Source: Clostridia bacterium (GTDB lineage: Bacteria; Bacillota; Clostridia; Oscillospirales; CAG-272). Taken from it: a stretch of 59,110 nucleotides of DNA. Location of the stretch: NCBI GenBank assembly GCA_024404975.1, contig JAKSPH010000001.1:1-59110 (forward strand), in the 5' to 3' direction. This document shows, piece after piece, positions 55,941-59,110 of this stretch (position 1 is its first letter; every line of letters begins with the position of its first letter). The translations under genes and the position numbers were made by a program. The notes under the pieces are model-generated. The model had not been told where the DNA came from and did not search any database. It was given only the letters and a program-made list of their open reading frames with translations.

Positions 55941-57848
55941 TTACTTGTTTTCGGCGGCTTTTCGCCGTTTTTGGGAATCGAGATAAATGAGAAGAACGCT
56001 CACGTCCGCGGGGTTGACACCGCTGATGCGGGACGCCTGCCCGATGTTCAGCGGACGGATCTTTTCGAGTTTTTCGATGCTTTCCAGACGCAGTCCCGGA
56101 ATCGACCGGTAGTCGATGCCGGCGGGGAGAAGTTTGTCTTCCAGTTTCTTTCTGCGGGCGACTTCTTCCTCTTCTCTGCGGATGTAACCTTCGTATTTGA
56201 TGCCGATCTCCGCCGTCACGCGCACGGCGCGGGGAAGTGCCGGTCTGTCCTTGTCGAGCGGGGATAAAACGTCGTAGCCGAGTTCCGGACGGCGGATGAG
56301 TTCCGACAGGCGGATGCCGGTGGAAATGGGCGCGGAATTCAGACTTTCAAGCAGTTGATTGACTTCTTCCGACGGGGCGACGATCACGTCGTGCAGACGC
56401 GCGGTTTCCGCCTCGATGGCTTTTCTCTTTTCGCAGAAAGCGAGGTATCTGTCTTCCGGCAGAAGTCCCACGCGCCGACCGATGTCGGACAGGCGCAGAT
56501 CCGCGTTGTCCTGCCGCAGGAGCAGGCGGTATTCCGAGCGGGAAGTCATAATGCGGTACGGCTCATTCGTGCCTTTGGTGACGAGATCGTCGATCAGCGT
56601 TCCGATATAGGAGGACGAGCGCGGCAGGATCATCGGCTCTTCGCCCTTGACCGCCAACGCGGCGTTGATGCCCGCGACAAGTCCCTGCGCGGCGGCTTCT
56701 TCATAGCCGGACGTGCCGTTGAACTGTCCCGCGCCGTAAAGACCGGACACCTTTTTGAATTCCAGCGTGGGGAACATCTGCGTCGGCTCTGCGCAGTCGT
56801 ATTCGATCGCGTAGGCGTAACGCATGATCTCGGCGTTTTCAAAGCCGGGGAGCGAGTGTACCATATCTTGCTGAACGTCCGTCGGCATGGACGTGGAAAA
56901 TCCCTGCAGATACATTTCGTCGGTCGAGGCACCGCAAGGTTCGATAAAGAGTTGGTGGCGTTCCTTGTCCGCGAAACGCACGACCTTGGTTTCGATGGAC
57001 GGGCAGTAACGGGGACCTGTTCCCACGATGTTTCCCGAATACATAGCGGACCGTCCGAGGTTGTCCTTGATGATTTTCAGCGTTTCGGGCGACGTGTAGA
57101 TCATGTGGCAGGGGGTCTGTTCTCTGCCGTTGAGTTCGGCTTCGTCCGTGCGTGAGGAGAAGGGCGTGACCGGCGTTTCTCCTGCCTGGATCTCGGTTTT
57201 CGTAAAGTCGATGGACCGTTTGCTGATACGCGCGGGGGTTCCCGTTTTGAAACGGAGAAGTTCGATGCCGAGTTCCGAGAGCGAGGCGGAAAGCCCCTTG
57301 GACGGAAGCATACCGTCGGGACCGGAAGAAAACGTCTTGTCCCCGACGAAAACGGCGGATTCGAGGTAAGTGCCGGAAGCGATGACGGCTTTTTCGGTTT
57401 CGTAGCGGTCGCCGAGCGAGGTTTCCACGTAGGAAACGGCGGTCTTACCGTCTTTTTCGGTGACGCCGATTCTGACGATCTCCGCCTGGATCAGACGGAG
57501 GTTTTCCTGTTTCTCGACCGTCTGTTTCATCAGCGTTTTGTAAAGCGCTCTGTCCGCTTGCACGCGTTTGGAATGTACCGCCGCGCCTTTGCCGAGGTTG
57601 AGCGTGCGGGATTGCATGGTCACACGGTCCGCGGCGTAACCCATTTCACCGCCGAGGGCGTCGATCTCGAACACGAGATGTCCTTTCGCGGTTCCTCCGA
57701 TCGAGGGGTTGCAAGGCATATTGCCGACCGCGTCGAGGTTCATGGTGAATAACACCGTGTCGATCCCCATTCTCGCCGAAGCGAGCGCTGCTTCGATTCC
57801 TGCGTGACCCGCGCCGATCACGGCGACGGAAGTTTTGTACTGTGTCAT
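55941..57848 (-). CDS. mnmG: tRNA uridine-5-carboxymethylaminomethyl(34) synthesis enzyme MnmG (GidA)
   Basis: VIGAGHAGIEAALASARMG (FAD-binding site), NPSIGGTAKGHLVFEIDALGGEMG and GQFNGTSGYEEAAAQGLVAG. Confidence 0.97.
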   Translation of the reverse strand: MTQYKTSVAVIGAGHAGIEAALASARMGIDTVLFTMNLDAVGNMPCNPSIGGTAKGHLVFEIDALGGEMGYAADRVTMQSRTLNLGKGAAVHSKRVQADRALYKTLMKQTVEKQENLRLIQAEIVRIGVTEKDGKTAVSYVETSLGDRYETEKAVIASGTYLESAVFVGDKTFSSGPDGMLPSKGLSASLSELGIELLRFKTGTPARISKRSIDFTKTEIQAGETPVTPFSSRTDEAELNGREQTPCHMIYTSPETLKIIKDNLGRSAMYSGNIVGTGPRYCPSIETKVVRFADKERHQLFIEPCGASTDEMYLQGFSTSMPTDVQQDMVHSLPGFENAEIMRYAYAIEYDCAEPTQMFPTLEFKKVSGLYGAGQFNGTSGYEEAAAQGLVAGINAALAVKGEEPMILPRSSSYIGTLIDDLVTKGTNEPYRIMTSRSEYRLLLRQDNADLRLSDIGRRVGLLPEDRYLAFCEKRKAIEAETARLHDVIVAPSEEVNQLLESLNSAPISTGIRLSELIRRPELGYDVLSPLDKDRPALPRAVRVTAEIGIKYEGYIRREEEEVARRKKLEDKLLPAGIDYRSIPGLRLESIEKLEKIRPLNIGQASRISGVNPADVSVLLIYLDSQKRRKAAENK

Positions 57849-57904
57849 TGTTTCAATGCGGGGGCATTTCCCGCCTTTCTATGAAATAGGAAAGAATTGT
57901 CTGA

Positions 57905-58678
57905 TCAGAAGGCGATGCGTTCGATCTTCTTCACCCATTTGGATTCGGGATCCACCGTGAAGAGAACGCCGTCCGCGCGGACTTTTCCGGAGGCGGGGGT
58001 GAATTTCCCCGGCAGTCTTGTACGCATCCGGCGGACGACTTCGGCGGGATCCATGCCGAGGACACCGCCGGTTTCCCCGCACATGCCGAGGTCACTGATA
58101 TAGCCGGTGCCGTTCGGCAGAATGGTCGCGTCCGCGGTGGGGACGTGAGTGTGAGTTCCGAAAACGACGGAGATCGCGCCGTCGTAGGCGTAGGCAAGAG
58201 CGCATTTCTCGCCGGTCGCTTCCGCGTGGAAGTCCATCACGGCGATGTCGTATCTGCCTTCTTCGTTTTTGAGGATCCTGTCGATCTTCGGATAGGGGTT
58301 GTCGGGAACGGGTTCCATCATCGCCTGTCCGAGGGCGTTCATCACAAGAACGCGGTACCCCGCGGCATCGGCGATCGTGTAGCCGTAACCCGGCACTTCG
58401 TCGGGGAGGTTGAGCGGACGGAGCAGGTTCTTCTCGGATTCCAGCACGTCGAGGATCCCCCGCCCGCGCAGGGTGTGATTGCCGCCCGTGATGACGTCGG
58501 CTCCGCTGTGAAACAGCGTTTGCGCGCCTTCCGGCGTGATGCCGCTGATGACCGAGGCGTTCTCGCCGCTGACGATACAGAGATCGACACCGTAGAGTTT
58601 GCGGATGTTCCAAAGCCGGTTTTTCAGATGTTCAAGCCCGCCGGGGCTTGTGACGTCGCCGATGGCAAGGATTTTCAT
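57905..58678 (-). CDS. ymdB: YmdB-family metallophosphoesterase (2',3'-cyclic-nucleotide 2'-phosphodiesterase, TIGR00282-type)
   Basis: MKILAIGDVTSPGG...IVSGENAS...GGNHT...MDFHAEATGEK...FGTHTHVPTAD. It occupies the conserved position downstream of rny. Confidence 0.9.
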   Translation of the reverse strand: MKILAIGDVTSPGGLEHLKNRLWNIRKLYGVDLCIVSGENASVISGITPEGAQTLFHSGADVITGGNHTLRGRGILDVLESEKNLLRPLNLPDEVPGYGYTIADAAGYRVLVMNALGQAMMEPVPDNPYPKIDRILKNEEGRYDIAVMDFHAEATGEKCALAYAYDGAISVVFGTHTHVPTADATILPNGTGYISDLGMCGETGGVLGMDPAEVVRRMRTRLPGKFTPASGKVRADGVLFTVDPESKWVKKIERIAF

Positions 58679-58691
58679 GGGCGGTTCCTTT

Positions 58692-58723
58692 CAAAAACAG
58701 GGCTACTCGGAAAAGAGCAGCCC
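58692..58723 (-). terminator. hairpin plus U-tract between rny and ymdB (terminator or attenuator)
   Basis: On the reverse strand: GGGCTGCTC-ttttcc-GAGTAGCCC followed by TGTTTTTG. Confidence 0.55.
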
Positions 58724-58752
58724 GTGGAGAGTTATGGGATTTTGCGTTCGGC

Positions 58753-59110
58753 TCACTTCGCGTAATCGACGACGCGGGATTCGCGGATGACGCTGACTTT
58801 GATCTGACCGGGATAGTTGAGTTCGCTCTGGATCTTCTGCGCGATGTCGTGCGCGAGGATCTTCATGCGGTCGTCATCCACCGTTTCGGGTTTGACGAGA
58901 ATGCGGACTTCACGTCCTGCCTGGATGGCAAAGGTCTTTTCAACGCCCTCGAAGTCGGCGGATACCTCTTCGAGTTTCTGCAAGCGTTTGATGTAGTTTT
59001 CAACGTCCTCACGGCGCGCACCGGGTCTTGCGGCACTGATCGCGTCGGCGGCCTGAATGATAAAGTCGATCACGGAGGTGGCGTCTACGTCGCCGTGATG
59101 CGCCTCGATG
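58753..59110 (-). CDS. rny: ribonuclease Y, C-terminal part (5' end outside the window)
   Basis: [49 protein letters not shown]...[11 protein letters not shown]...[20 protein letters not shown] is the HD-domain end plus the C-terminal region of RNase Y. Confidence 0.95.
   Translation of the reverse strand, partial: IEAHHGDVDATSVIDFIIQAADAISAARPGARREDVENYIKRLQKLEEVSADFEGVEKTFAIQAGREVRILVKPETVDDDRMKILAHDIAQKIQSELNYPGQIKVSVIRESRVVDYAK

Overview
This window is the replication-origin neighbourhood of a spore-forming Firmicutes chromosome, probably Clostridia. That call is an inference from gene content: spoIIE, spoVAC/AD/AE, spoVM, a T-box leader and a type-2 GalT. By eye, coding GC is about 50% or more. 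The core genes are parA, parB, spoIIE, truB, addA, pyrR, spoVAC-AD-AE, then dnaA, oriC, dnaN, recF, remB, gyrB and gyrA, followed by rnj, spoVM, mnmG, ymdB and rny. Housekeeping and metabolic genes are also present: rhaB, rhaD, a purine permease, birA, galT, ileS with an Ile T-box, a P-type ATPase and a histidine phosphatase. No rRNA, tRNA, CRISPR array, transposase or integrase was recognised.

The observations most worth a second look:
1. The partition locus is atypical. A 1.17-kb AT-rich non-coding island carries three perfect parS palindromes upstream of parA. A 967-bp non-coding spacer holding six DnaA-box-like 9-mers splits parA from parB. parB itself has a single in-frame TAG.
2. A textbook oriC unwinding module lies between dnaA and dnaN (tandem DnaA boxes followed by DnaA-trio-like CTA/TTA triplets), yet no DnaA box lies upstream of dnaA.
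3. Gene decay is frequent: internally deleted MATE and GH42 genes, a truncated SGNH gene, and a 5'-truncated, homopolymer-frameshifted glycyl-radical activase.
4. A module of unknown function contains two paralogous secreted lectin/CBM-like proteins. A well-signalled 37-codon ORF is co-transcribed with one of them.
5. A 937-aa ORFan carries no domain I can recognise.

Everything here comes from manual reading. No searches or statistics were run.
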